From Mobula hypostoma (lineage: Eukaryota): a stretch of 64,000 bases of DNA. Made by a program: the position numbers and the translations under genes. The notes beneath the pieces were generated by a model. That model saw only the letters and a program-made list of their open reading frames with translations. It was not told the origin of the DNA and searched no databases. Location of the stretch: assembly GCF_963921235.1 (NCBI RefSeq), contig NC_086097.1, forward strand, positions 217,064,001 to 217,128,000. Direction: 5' to 3'. The stretch's first letter is position 1. Every line of letters starts with the position of its first letter. Below are positions 1 to 13,693 of the stretch, in pieces.

Positions 1-137
1 AATGCATTTTTTCTATTTTGCTCTCTTTTTACACGAATTTAATTTTTCATATATTGTAATTTATTGGATTTTATGGATTGCAATGTACTGGTGCTGCAGG
101 CATACGCCAGTAAAATTTAACCTGATTCTGATCCTGA
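1..137 (+). mobile_element. 3' UTR and tail of a Rex1/Babar-type LINE (fragment)
   Basis: AT-rich UTR ending in AACCTG ATTCTG ATCCTG. The same (ATTCTG)n tail type appears reversed at ~7314 and ~35565. Confidence 0.5.
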
Positions 138-337
138 TGTCCGGTATAGAGATGGAAATAGCTAATACGGCACAAGGTCCAACCAGGGACCTGGTCGCTA
201 TTACTAGATCCAATGTCAACAGAAGCCTTGTGCCTTTCTTCTGATGTCGCAGAAATGTGCACATTAGTTCCAAATGTTCCTCCACTTTTAATACATTTGC
301 AAAACATTCTTTTTTACAGATTCGTACATACTCCATC

Positions 338-402
338 TCGACTGTTGGCTTTCCATAGATGCTGCCTGGCCCGTTGAGTTCCTTCAGCTTTTTGCGTGTT
401 AT
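338..402 (+). mobile_element. Penelope-like terminal repeat fragment
   Basis: CCATAGATGCTGCCTGGCCCGTTGAGTTCC matches the 3' end of the Penelope element at 20240-20290. Confidence 0.6.
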
Positions 403-1051
403 TCTCTTAGATATATAGTTCTATAGCTCTTATTGCTATATCATTTTAATAGAAAGAATGGATGAGGAGTGCTACTCTGTGCTTAATGTTACAATTCTTC
501 TAAGGCTGTGATACAGGAAAAACCTTCGCCTCGTAATCTTCAAGGTCCAGGGCAGATTAATACAGCAACACTAAAGTAAACGTGCCATCATGAACTTTAG
601 AAGCAGGAGCATAAGATTAAAAAATTCAGATAGTAAATGTTAAAAGTATATAAACATTAGTTAGGGCTCTCTTGGGGCACATGCTGAATGTCGAGGCAAG
701 GAATTATTTGGGCTTTTCGTAACGAAGGATAAGTCTGCCAGGCACGGTTTGATGTAAATGGATGGATATTTGCAAAACTCTGTTTTAGATACAGTTGGGT
801 ATGCATATCGCTTTACAGTACTTCTCATATCATCACTGACGGGCGGGACACATGCAGGTATGAGTCAAAAATGCAAAACCACGCTGTATGTGATGTGCCT
901 TGCTGTAGCACGGGCACCCGAACCCTATGATACAAAACCTGCGCTTCATGCCGAATAAATCTCCACTTGTTGGGTTTGTCGAAACTGAACGTCCCGACAA
1001 CGGATAGTGAGGAATGCTCGGGGTCTCTCCCCACCCCACCCCACCCTCCAC

Positions 1052-3512
1052 CTCAGTGGCCACTTTATTGGATACTTTATTGCTGGTTGATGCAAGTATC
1101 TAATCAGCTGATCATGTGACAACAACTCAATGCCTAAAAGAATGCAAACACGGTTGCTCGGATTGGGGATGAAATGTGATCTAAATAACTTTGACCGCGG
1201 AATGATTGTTGCTGTCAGAAGGATTTGTCTGACTATCTCCGAAACTGCTGTCCTCCTGGGATTTTCACGCACAACGGTTTACAGAGAATGGTGCACAAAC
1301 AAACAAAAAAAACCAGCGAGCGGCGATTCTGTGGAAGAAATGCCTTGTCAATGAGGGAGGTCTGAAGAGAATGGACGGATTGGTTCAAGCTTACAGGAAG
1401 GCGATAGTATCTCAGTTAACGATATTGAATTGAATTGACTTTATTTCTTACATCCTTCACATACATGAGGAGTAAAAATCGTTACGTTACGTCTTCATCT
1501 CAATGTGCAATGTACAATTATAGTAATTTATAATAAATAGAACAGTCAATATAACACAGACATACACTCAAATCAGCGTGAGTTAATCAGTCTGATGGCC
1601 TGATGGAAGAAGCTGTCCGGAGCCTGTTAGTCCTGGCTTTTATGCCTGGCTTCCTGGATGGTAGCAGCTGGAATAGGTTGTGGTTGGAATGACTCGGGTC
1701 CCCAATGATCCTACGGGCCCTTTTTACACAACTGTCTTTGTAAATGTCCTGTATCATGGGATGTTCACAACTACAGATGCGCTGGGCTGTCCGCACCACT
1801 CTCTGCAGAGTCCTGCGATTAAGAGAGGTACAGTTCCCATACCAGGCAGTGATGCAGCCAGTCTGGATGCTCTCAGTAGTGCCCCTGTAGAAAGTTCTTA
1901 GGATTAGGAGCCCATACCAAACTTCCTCAACCGTCTGAGGTGAAAGAGGCGCTGTTTTGCCTTTTTCACCGCACAGCTGGTGTGTACAGACCACGTGAGA
2001 TCCTCGGTGATGTGGATGCCGAGGGACTTGAAGCTGTTTACCCTCTCAGCCCCAGATCCATTGATGTCAGTAGGGGTTAGCCCTGTAATCCACAACCAAC
2101 TCCTTTGTTTTTGCGACATTGAGGGAGAGGTTGTTTTCTTGACACCACCGTGTCAGAGAGATGACTTCTTCCCTGTAGACCACCTCGTTATTGTTTGAGA
2201 TAAGGCCAATCAGTGTAGTGTCGTCAGCAAATTTAATTAGCAGAATGGAGCTGTGGGTGGAGACAGTCATGGGTATACAGGGAGTAAAGGAGGGGACAGT
2301 GCACAGCCCTGAGGGGCTCCTGTATTGAGAGTCAGAGGGTTGGAGGTGAGAGAGCCCACTCTTACCACCTGCTGGCGATCTGACAGGAAGTCCATGATCC
2401 AGCTGCACAAGGCAGGGTCAAGGCCGAGTTCTGACGTTCCTGTCGAACCTGGATGAAATTATGGTGTTGAGTGCTGTCCAAGAACAGCGTTCTCACATTA
2501 GCATCCTTCTTCTCCAGATATGTAAGGACGGTATGTAGAGCAGTGGCTATTCCGTCGTCTGTCGCTCGGTTGTGTCGGTAGGCGAACTGTAGATGGTCCA
2601 GTCTGGGCGGTAGCATACTGCAGATGTAATCCCTGACCAGCCTCTCAAAGCATTTGCTTATGATTGAGGTGCGTGCGACAGGTCGCCAGTCATTCTGGTA
2701 TGTTACCTTGGTCTTTTTCGGTACAAATGGTGGATAATTTGAAGCAGGAGGACACGCTACACTGGGAGAGGGAGAGATTTAAAATGTCTGTAAACACGCC
2801 TGCCGGTTGTGCTGCGCACATCTTGAGTATTCGCCCTGGATTGCCGTCCAGTCCCTCAGCCTTGCGACTGTCCACTTGTGGGAAACATCTTTGTACCTCA
2901 GCCTCAGAGATGACCGGGTTGCAGGTTGTAGCGGTGGCTTTCCTCAAAGGCTCAGAGTTAGCGACATCGAACTGAGCGTAAAAGCGATTGAGCTCATCTG
3001 GGAGAGAGGCTGCGATGTTGACGGCACCACAACGTTTGGCTTTGAAGTCTGCGATAGTATGCAGCCCTCACCAGGTCACGTGTGCTTTTTTGTGAATCTT
3101 GACTCAATCTTGTCCCAATCTTGTCCCTGTATTGTTGTTTCGCAGCCTTGATAGTTTTGCGCAAATCATAGCTGCTTTTCTTGAATTCCTGCTGATTGCC
3201 GGCAGCCGAAGCTCTGTGTCGCGTGGTCAGTGCTATTCGCACGGAACTATTGATCCGGGGTTTCTGGTTCGGACTTTTGGACAACATCGTCGATGCACTT
3301 CCGGACGAAGCACGTGGCTCCATCCGTGAACTCAGAGATATCCTCATCAAGGACACATCCCAGCCGCCGTCATCGAAGCAGTCCCGCAGCATATGTTCCA
3401 GTACAGTACTGGTGTGCAGAAGAGCATCTCTGAACGCACCTTGAAGTGGAATGGCTACAACAACAGAAACTAAGAACATGCACTCAGTGGCCACTTTATT
3501 GGCTACAGGAGA
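1052..3512 (+). mobile_element. Non-autonomous Tc1/mariner derivative, split into 1052-1420 and 3402-3512 by a LINE
   Basis: CTCAGTGGCCACTTTATTGG at ~1052 and ~3483. ORF 1130-1354 (KCDLNNFDRGMIVAVRR...ISETAVLLGFSRTTVYREW) is a Tc1 N-terminal HTH remnant. A sister copy at 30217-30660 is uninterrupted across this junction. Confidence 0.8.
1423..3400 (-). mobile_element. Rex1/Babar-type LINE, degenerate and 5'-truncated
   Basis: RT fragments LDHLQFAYRHNRATDD, IKFADDTT, SFKSLGIHITEDLTW, KKAKQRLFHLRRLRKF and CITAWYGNC in shifting frames; (TTCAA)n tail at 1423-1438. Confidence 0.9.
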
Positions 3513-3529
3513 ATCGTTAGCCATCCTAA

Positions 3530-3670
3530 CAATTCAATGTTTCAAGAAATTCCAGGAGAAAGCAGGAAATTGGGGTTGAGAGGAAATTTGAATCAGCCAT
3601 GATGAATTGGCGGAGCGGACTCGATGAGCCAAATGGCGTAATTCTGCTCCTATATCTTATGGTTTTATGG
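3530..3670 (+). mobile_element. CR1 LINE 3' end
   Basis: ATCAGCCATGATGAATTGGCGGAGCGGACTCGATGAGCCAAATGG...TTCTGCTCCTATATCTTATGG matches the CR1 3' UTR at 32700-32800. Confidence 0.75.
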
Positions 3671-3779
3671 AAAGCGGAGGATATGTCTTATTTCCCTTCA
3701 CTCTGACTGGTTCCGAAAACTCGGCCCCAATCCCAATAGAAGAGCACGGTGGAGGTGAAGTAAGGGTCATGAGACAACC

Positions 3780-4297
3780 GCGCTCCCCCCAACCCCCGCT
3801 TCCTCTATTGTCGTCTCCTGTCCGATTTCTTTGTCTTCATCTCTTTTCCTATTCCATCTGTTAGCTCCTAGCTTCTCAAGTTATTCCCTTTCTCATCCCC
3901 CTCCCCCAGCCACACACCTACATTCACCCTCACCAGGACACACCTACATTCACCCTCACCTGCACACACCTACATTCACCCTCACCTGAACACACTTACA
4001 TTCACCCTCACCTGGACACACTTACATTCACCCTCACCTGGACACACCTACATTCACCCTCACCTGGACACACCTACATAGACTCTCACCTGGACACACC
4101 TACATTCACCCTCACCTGCACACACCTACATTCACCCTCACCTGGACACACCTATTTCCCGCCACCTTATGATCCCGCTCCCTCAGCTAGCTAGCTGCTT
4201 TCTGGCTTCTGCCCGCTTCCTTGCCAGTTCTAATAAAGCGTCTCCGCTCGAAATGCAGACAGCTCATTTTCCTCTGCAGACGCTTTTACAACATTGT
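3780..4297 (+). mobile_element. Penelope-like terminal sequence with an expanded minisatellite
   Basis: Pyrimidine-rich tract followed by a degenerate hammerhead-like motif (4224-4262), paralleling 20050-20290. Confidence 0.6.
3912..4152. repeat. 26-bp minisatellite, about 9 copies
   Basis: Unit ACACACCTACATTCACCCTCACCTGG recurs at 3912, 3938, 3964 and onward to 4146. Confidence 0.95.
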
Positions 4298-4299
4298 GT

Positions 4300-4558
4300 G
4301 AGTATTGTTCGGGATGCGCTTCGATTAGGTCAGAGGCATTATGAAAGCACTGTCAATGGGAAACATTTCGAGAAAATTTTAAGCGAGTGGAGGATAATTG
4401 AACACTTTGCCCCATGGTTAAGCGAATTATTAACCACATTTCCACATTGGTGCTGGAGCTGGAGTTCCGATTGTTGACGCGTTAAGGTGATACAGAGTTC
4501 TGTAAGGCTCGACAGTCACCCTCAGGTACGAATCACTACAGGAGGATGGCAGTGCCAA
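4300..4558 (-). pseudogene. CRH-like precursor pseudogene, paralog of the gene at 23111-23611
   Basis: Minus-strand translation GTAILL**FVPEGDCRALQNSVSP* / RQQSELQ / NFLEMFPIDSAFIMPLT*SKRIP versus intact CTAVLLVGFVPGDDCRTLQNSVST / GQQAELQ / NLIEMFPFDAASKMPLAQSQRTP. Exact 18-mer TGATACAGAGTTCTGTAA at 4488 and 23522. Stops at 4533-4538, 4482-4484 and 4325-4327; frameshifts; no ATG, splice acceptor or mature peptide. Confidence 0.92.
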
Positions 4559-4842
4559 ATTATAAATAAAAATCAATAAAAAACATCTGATTAAATGGTG
4601 TTTTAGTTATTTTAAAGCATCTTAAGAAATTAACAGGTACACCAGCAAAACATCCTCCCCACAGGCACAGTTTGTAAATCAGAAGCATGTTAATGAAATC
4701 CGGCGCTTCAATTTTCGATACCCAGCGGGAAAAAAAAACATCGTCAGTTGTTCTTGGGCTGTTTAACATTTGATAATCAAAGCAGATTTAAGTCTAACGC
4801 TTCAGTGACAACTCTGCATCGTTGTGTTATATGCTGAACTCT

Positions 4843-5100
4843 GTCATGGTCGGTCCCAAACCCGTCTGCTAAAGGAGGAGGGTTGGGCATCGGGCCTCAT
4901 CCCGTAAAAACCCAGAGCTACAGAACTATCGACAGAGACCTCATCCCTGGGAGAGGAAGGATCTTTGAAGATGGGCTGCACCTGGGGACAACATGAAAGA
5001 CTGGCCCAGGACAGGGGACTTTGGCGAGGGGCCAATACCCCAGTAGGGGCGATGGCCTGTAGGTATATATCCCAGTAGGGGCGATGGCCTGAAGGTATAT
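4843..5100 (+). mobile_element. Short RTE-LINE-derived non-autonomous element
   Basis: RTE-like 5' motif TAAAGGAGGAGGGTTGGGC joined to an RTE-like 3' end (CTGGCCCAGGACAG...). The terminal CCCAGTAGGGGCGATGGCCTG.AGGTATAT is tandemly duplicated. Confidence 0.55.
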
Positions 5101-5537
5101 GCTGGAGACCAAAACGAAAAGACATGAGTGGACGCACATACACAGACAGACACGCGCACGCACACAAATACACACAGATAGACTGGGATTTGTTAGACTA
5201 TACATCTGAAGCGTAGCATCTTCACAATCTATCTTAATCAGTTACACTTGGAAATACACAATCTATATTTCACCGCGCCTGCAGATACACGACCATATAG
5301 ATAACTCAGTGCTCGTATATGTTCGGTGAGGTTCCTTCTTGGTAAAACAAACGCATGAGGCATGTCATTAAATTAAAATCTATAAAATTAAAATGAAACT
5401 GCAGCAAACGCGCTAAAAGAGAATTAACATAAGGTGTCAATCAAGTTATCTGAATATTACTTCAAAAGAAATGTGCTTTGGTGCTGTGTTCTGTCAAGTA
5501 AGAGGAAGGAGGCCAAAGCCCGCTTTTCCTTCCCCAA

Positions 5538-7156
<1,619 letters not shown>

Positions 7157-8039
7157 AGCGAAGACTCATACTTATGTCGATAATAAGGCATAGTCAGTCT
7201 TGAGGATATGCTGGAGTGAACGCAATAAGTTGTAAATTAGAAAGTTTTGCCTAGGAAGATTCAGTATCATGAAAAGCACCCATGATCACCATATTTCAGA
7301 ACTGCGAGCTCAGGATCAGAATCAGGTTTAGTATCACTAGCAATGTGAAGAGAGAGCTATGGATAGCGGTGAATCCAACTGCACAGCAAGGCCTAGAATT
7401 AACTCAAATTCAGACTCGAAATAAACAAGACAACACAAATGAAATCCAAATACGTAATCACAAGCAATAGTATTAGAAATTGAACTCCTACTACTGAGCA
7501 CTGAGTACCTGTAAGTACAGACTTTCCAAGAAGGAATGTGGCAGGCAATACTTGGCAGTCTGAGTCTTAAAGGGACGACGGCAGCTAACTATACTCCAGA
7601 GAACTGGAGCGCCGAAACTTGAATGCCTGCCGCCTTCAATCGCGACCATGACATACATACGTCGTGAACTTAGTTGTTTTGCGGCAGAAGTACATCGCAA
7701 TGCATATTAATAATAGAACACTATAAATTACAAGAAGTATATATGTAATACTGAGCAAAAAACCTAGGCGCGCGCGGGCACACACACACATATATATGTC
7801 TGTTGTCTTAGAGCTGGGTGTATCTACAACACCGCTACATCCCGCCTGCACTGCTTCTCCGCCACCTGTCCCACACACTCCTCCCGCGGCGCTCCACCCT
7901 CGCCATTCCCCAAATCTTTTGGTCCGCCGAATTTACAAACTCGCTCTCCGCCTCACTACTGTGCAAAATTCTTAGACATCCTAGCATATATTTACCTAAG
8001 ACTAAATTTTTTCATTATACTGTATGTGTGTGTGCGCGT

Positions 8040-9735
8040 CCTAGATGATGGCTATCCTTAATAATGGAAGCCACCTTTTTGAGGCGTCTCCTTTTGAAGC
8101 GGATCTCAGTGCTGGGGAGGCCAGTGCACACCATGATGGAGCTGGCTGCGTTTACAAATTCCTGCAGCTTTTTCCGATCCTGTGCAGTGCCCCCCCCCCC
8201 CAAACCTCCTCCCAGACGGTCACACAACCAAATAAGATGCTCGCTATGGTACATCTGCCGAAAATTGCGAGGTGTCCTTGATGGCATTCCAATTCTCCTC
8301 AAACTCCAAATGAAATATCGCAGCTGTCATGTCTGCTTTGTAATGGCATGAATATATTGGGTCCAGAATAGATCTTCCGAGATGTTGACACCGAAGAACT
8401 TGAAACTGCTCACCTTTTCCGCTGCTGATCCCTTCATAAGGATTGGTGTGAGTTCGCTCGACTTCCCTTTGCTAAAGTCCACAGTCAATTCCTTGATCTT
8501 AGTGACGTCAAGTTCGAGGCTGTTGCGACACCACTCGACCGGCTGATCTATCTCACTCCTGTACGCCTCGTCGTCACCCTCTGAAATTCTGACACCAATA
8601 GTTGTGCAGTCACAAATTGTTCAGAAGGCTTTTGAGCTGTGCCGAGCCTCACAGTCGTGGGTGCGGAGAGAGTAGAGCAGTGGGCTAAGGGCGTATCCTC
8701 AAGGTGCGCCAGTGTTGATTGTCAGCAAGCAATTGTTATTAGCGATCCGCAAAGACTGTTGTCTCCCGTTGCAGAGAGAGGGCCAAAAGTCCAAGTTCTG
8801 GAGATTGTTAATTAGAATTGAGCGTATGATCGTGTTGAACGCTGAGCTGTAATCAATAAACATCAGACCGAAGTAGATACTACACGTACTACTATCCAGC
8901 TGATCCAAGGCCGAGTGAGGAGCCAAGAGGATCGCATCCATTATAGACCTATTATGGCGATAGGCAAATTGCAGCGTGTCCAGCTCCTTGCCTAGGCAGG
9001 AGTTGAATCTAGCCATGGCCATTTTCTCAAAGCACTTCATCACTCTAGATGTGAGAGACCCTGAGCGATAGCCGCTAAAGCGACTAACCCTTCTGCTGTT
9101 GGGCACTGGTATGATTCTCGCCCTTTTGAAGCAGGTGGGTTTAAAGAGGTCCTGGAGTGCTCCCGCCAATTGCTTGGCACAGGTTTTCAGAGCCCTACCA
9201 GGTATACCATCAGGGCTTGACGCCTTGCGAGGGTTCGCGCTCTTGAATAATATTCTGTCGTCGGCCTCCGGGACAGAGGTCACAGGGTCACCAGATGCAG
9301 CAAGGATTCGCACAGGTGTAGTTTTATTCTCCCTTTCAAAGCACGCGTAACGGCGTTGAGCTCATCCGGGAGTGAAGCTTCACAGCCATTCATAAAGTTA
9401 GCTTTTGCCTTGTAGGAGATAATGGCCTGTGAAAACTGCCGGAGCTGACGTACATCCGATTCCTTGTCTAACCTCATTCTTCCTTAAAATAGCCCTCCGT
9501 AGGTCGTACCTTGGCTTCTAGGATAGTTCTAGATCGCCCGTCTCGAATGTCATAGATCTAATCCTCAACAGAGTACGAATCTCCTGGTTCATCCACGGCT
9601 TTTGATTTGCATATGTTCTCGAAGTCACACACTCATCCACACAGGCCTTGATGAAGTTGGTGACAACTGTGGCGTATTCATTCAGATTCGAAGATGAATC
9701 CCTAATACCTGTATTGCCCAGTCCACCGACTCAAA
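8040..9735 (-). mobile_element. Rex1/Babar-type LINE, degenerate
   Basis: ORF 8699-9313 (KASSPDGIPGRALK, LTSRVMKCFEK, LQFAYRHNRS, FIDYSSAFNTI) plus 3' remnants. Confidence 0.9.
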
Positions 9736-9914
9736 GGAGTTAAGTTCCAGCGTTACATTACTCATTATCCGATAACAAAAAAGCATTTCAGTATTTTATT
9801 CTTTGAAAATATATGTAGTCCACAACAGGAATCTTCCTGCTGGAGTATCCCTGCAAATCCCTGGAGTATCAATTTAGCAGTCTATCGTTCTACCGTATTA
9901 GCTTAAAAGCGGCG

Positions 9915-10640
9915 CTTCGCAGGGGTGTGCGCAACTCCCCGCTGTTCATGCTGCAAGATGCAGTTCAAACCGAGTCAAGTTCGCTAAGGACACAACAGTG
10001 GAGGGCCTCATCAACAACGATGACGAGACGAAGCACCGAGAGGAGATTGAGCGGCTGGTGGAATTGTGGGAGCACAACTATTTGAATCTCAGCGTGGACA
10101 AGACTACCAAAGCGAAGATTCTGGATCTTTGGAAGGTGCAAACTGGCCGCTCCTCACTGCATATATACGGCTCGGCCTGGTAGAGCACAGAGCGGACGAT
10201 CTCACCTGATCCCTCAACACCATCCTTTCGGTTAAGAAAGCATTGCAGCGTCTCCGCTTTCTGAGGAGATTGAGGCGAGCGGGACTCCTCTTCTCCCCAC
10301 CTCCATTTGTAAACAATTTTTACAGAAGCACCATCAAGATTGCCCTGACTAGCTGTATTACCGTCTGGTGCGGAAATTGCAAGGCATATGATCTCAAATC
10401 CTTACAATTGATTGCGAGGACTGCATTGGGGGCTCTCTTCAACCCACTAGTGATATTTATCAAGAATGCTGAGTACGCAGGGTCCTTGGAGTTGTCAATG
10501 CACCCTCTCATCCGTCCAATAATTTCTTTGACCCCCGATCATCAGGAAGGAGGTACTGCAGGATTAGGACAACTGCCGTTAGGATCGGGAACAGCTTCTA
10601 CCCCCATGCTACTGAATTCCCTGCTGCCTCCCAGGTGTCA
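9915..10640 (+). mobile_element. Rex1/Babar-type LINE 3' part; its UTR resumes at ~12127-12245 after a CR1 insertion
   Basis: QRLRFLRRLRRA, FYRSTIK and LTSCITVWCGNC motifs. Confidence 0.85.
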
Positions 10641-12126
10641 TCGTTAGATTCTGGACTAGTTCCTGAGGATTGGAGGGTGGCTAATGTAACCCCTCTTTTT
10701 AAAAAAGGAGGGAGAGAGAAACCGGGGAATTATAGACCGGTTAGCCTAACGTCGGTGGTGGGGAAACTGCTGGAGTCAGTTAGCAAAGATGTGATAACAG
10801 CACATTTGGAAAGCGGTGAAATCATCGGACAAAGTCAGCATGGATTTGTGAAAGGAAAATCATGTCTAACGAATCTCATAGAATTTTTTGAGGATGTAAC
10901 TAGTAGAGTGGATAGGGGAGAACCAGTGGATGTGGTATATTTGGATTTTCAAAAGGCTTTTGACAAGGTCCCACACAGGAGATTAGTGTGCAAACTTAAA
11001 GCACACGGTATTGGGGGTAAGGTATTGATGTGGATAGAGAATTGGTTAGCAGACAGGAAGCAAAGAGTGGGAATAAATGGGACCTTTTCAGAATGGCAGG
11101 CAGTGACTAGTGGGGTACCGCAAGGCTCAGTGCTGGGACCCCAGTTGTTTACAACATATATTAATGACTTGCATGAGGGAATTAAATGCAGCATCTCCAA
11201 GTTTGCGGATGACACGAAGCTGGGCGGCAGTGTTAGCTGTGAGGAGGATGCTAAGAAGATGCAGGGTGACTTGGATAGGTTGGGTGAGTGGGCAAATTCA
11301 TGGCAGATGCAATTTAATGTGGATAAATGTGAAGTTATCCACTTTGGTGGCAAAAATAAGAAAACAGATTATTATCTGAATGGTGGCCGATTAGGAAAAG
11401 GGGAGGTGCAACGAGACCTGGGTGTCATTATACACCAGTCATTGAAAGTGGGCATGCAGGTACAGCAGGCGGTGAAAAAGGCAAATGGTATGCTGGCATT
11501 TATAGCGAGAGGATTCGAGTACAGGAGCAGGGAGGTACTACTGCAGTTGTACAAGGCCTTGGTGAGACCACACCTGGAGTATGTCCCCTAATCTGAGGAA
11601 AGACATCCTTGCCATAGAGGGAGTACAAAGAAGGTTCACCAGATTGATTCCCAGGATGGCAGGACTTTCATATGAAGAAAGACTGGTTGAACTGGACTTG
11701 TACTCATTGGAATTTAGAAGATTGAGGGGGGATCTGATTGAAACGTATAAAATCCTAAAGGGATTGGACAGGCTAGATGCAGGAAGATTGTTCCCGATGT
11801 TGGGGAAGTCCAGAACGAGGGGTCACAGTTTGAGGATAGAGGGGAAGCCTTTTAGGACTAAGATTAGGAAAAACTTCTTCACACAGACAGTGGTGAATCT
11901 GTGGAATTCTCTGCCACAGGAAACAGTTGAGGCCAGTTCATTGGCTATATTTAAGAGGGAGTTAGATATGGCCCTTGTGGCTACGGGAATCAGGGGGTAT
12001 GGAGGGAAGGCTGGTGCAGGGTTCTGAGTTTGATGATCAGCCATGATCATAATAAATGGCGGTGCAGGCTCGAAGGGCCGAATGGCCTACTCCTGCACCT
12101 ATTTTCTATGTTTCTATGTTTCTATG
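10641..12126 (+). mobile_element. Young 5'-truncated CR1 LINE (RT domain)
   Basis: NYRPVSLTS, YLDFQKAFDKV, GVPQGSVLGP and SKFADD motifs; (TTTCTATG)n tail. A 14-bp deletion at ~11583 shifts the frame. Near-identical to 41340-42833. Confidence 0.97.
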
Positions 12127-12889
12127 ACGCGCCATTAGCGTTATACGGCTTCTTTTTCATTTGTATCTTATATACACATTATTGTTTGTTAATTTATTTG
12201 TGATAATATTACTTTATGTGTTATGTGTGTGAGTTTTATGTAAAGTGCAAAGGGGACATGGCCAATGTATGCGGCATTTAGAATTAAGATGGAGAATGGA
12301 ACCAGTGAGAGGCAGTGATCGACACATGGAAGCAGATGGGGAGAGGATCAGAGGCAGGGTGGTGATAGGTGGGACCCGAAGAAAGAAGGACAATGAGCAG
12401 ATAGAGCCCAGTGGGCATGGGGATGGAAAGAAAGCCAAGAAAGAAGAAATCCATGCAGACAAGCATGGGGGCGATGGGCAGATGGAAACAGGAGGGGAAC
12501 GATGAAGAGACAAAGGTGGGTGGGTAGAATGGAGAAGATAAACAAAACTACAAAATTCTATGGTTAAAGGCACTGGTGGGAATGGGTACATTTAAGCATG
12601 GAGTTCAGTCATCACACCTTTGGACTATAAACTACTCAAGTCGGCGGGAGCTGCACAGTACATTTAATTTCAAGGGCTCCGTGATATTTCAAATACCAGG
12701 CTACTGTTTGTTCCATGTGCGTAAGGTGATATACTGGCAAAGGGTAGGGGCGGAGGACGGGCAGGTGGGTGGGGTAATGGCGAGGGTAGTAGAAACCCCT
12801 TCACCTTTCGTCTACAACTGAAAGCTCAAGATGTCGGTGTGAACCGATCGCAAGTGTTCTGAGAGCAGCCGCATAGTCTACACGTTGGT

Positions 12890-13691
12890 CTCGTAGGATC
12901 CAGCTCAAACCGTGTCATCAAGTTTGCGGATCAAGACGGAGTATAGAGAGGAAGTGAGACCACTGGTGGATTGGTGTGAGAAGAACCTAACTCTGAACGG
13001 GGAGAAAACCAAGGAAATCAATGTGGACTTCAGGAAGGCGCAGACAAACCATCCTCCTCTGTGAATACATGGCTCCTCCGTAGAGAAATTTAAGTGAACC
13101 AAGTTCCTGGGAGTTCACATCATGGATGACCTCACCTGGTCTCTTAATATCAGGAGCTCAGTTGAGAGCATCCTGACAAGTTGCGTCTCCATCTGGTACG
13201 GGAGCAGTCGGGCATCGGACCAGAAGTCCCGACAAAGGACTGTGAGAATGGCTGAGGTGATCAAACGGGTCTCGCTACCATCCATCGGGGACATTTATCA
13301 GGAGCGCTGTGTATGTAGGGCCCTTAGTATTATTAAAGATCCCACCGTCCATCCAGCATCCTGTTTGACTTTTTACCATCAGGTAGGAGACTCCGATGCA
13401 GAAAAACAGGAACGGTCAGGATGAGAAACAGTTTCTTCCCCCAGGCCATTAGGCTTCTGAACTCCCGGCAGCATCGTAATAGAATTGGCGCTGGTTAATC
13501 TGTTCCATACCTTACAATATTTAATATTCTTGCACTTTAGTTTGCTATTTAAACGCGATTCATCTGTAGATTTTATCCTTAGCTTCATACGTTACGGTGT
13601 GTTATGTGTACTACTGTGCTTTACACCCTGTTTCGGAGAAACGTCGTTTCGTTTCTATATACATTATATGCCTATGTACATTATATTCATC
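12890..13691 (+). mobile_element. Rex1/Babar-type LINE 3' fragment; (ACTTG)n tail displaced to 15265-15281 by the Tc1 insertion
   Basis: DDLTWS and SILTSCVSIWYGSS motifs; the UTR continues after 15245. Confidence 0.8.
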
Positions 13692-13693
13692 TA

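Noticed and set aside
170..250. Minus-strand KKGTRLLLTLDL resembling the start of the mature peptide (KRQGTHLLSSLDV)
   Set aside because: Codons differ widely, similarity stops after LDL, there is no GK*, and it lies outside the collinear position expected for the pseudogene peptide. Probably chance, although a very old third copy cannot be excluded.
3688..3720. Minus-strand ...SEGK* as the amidation end of the pseudogene
   Set aside because: This stretch aligns to the non-coding 3' flank at 21610-21695, not to the peptide.
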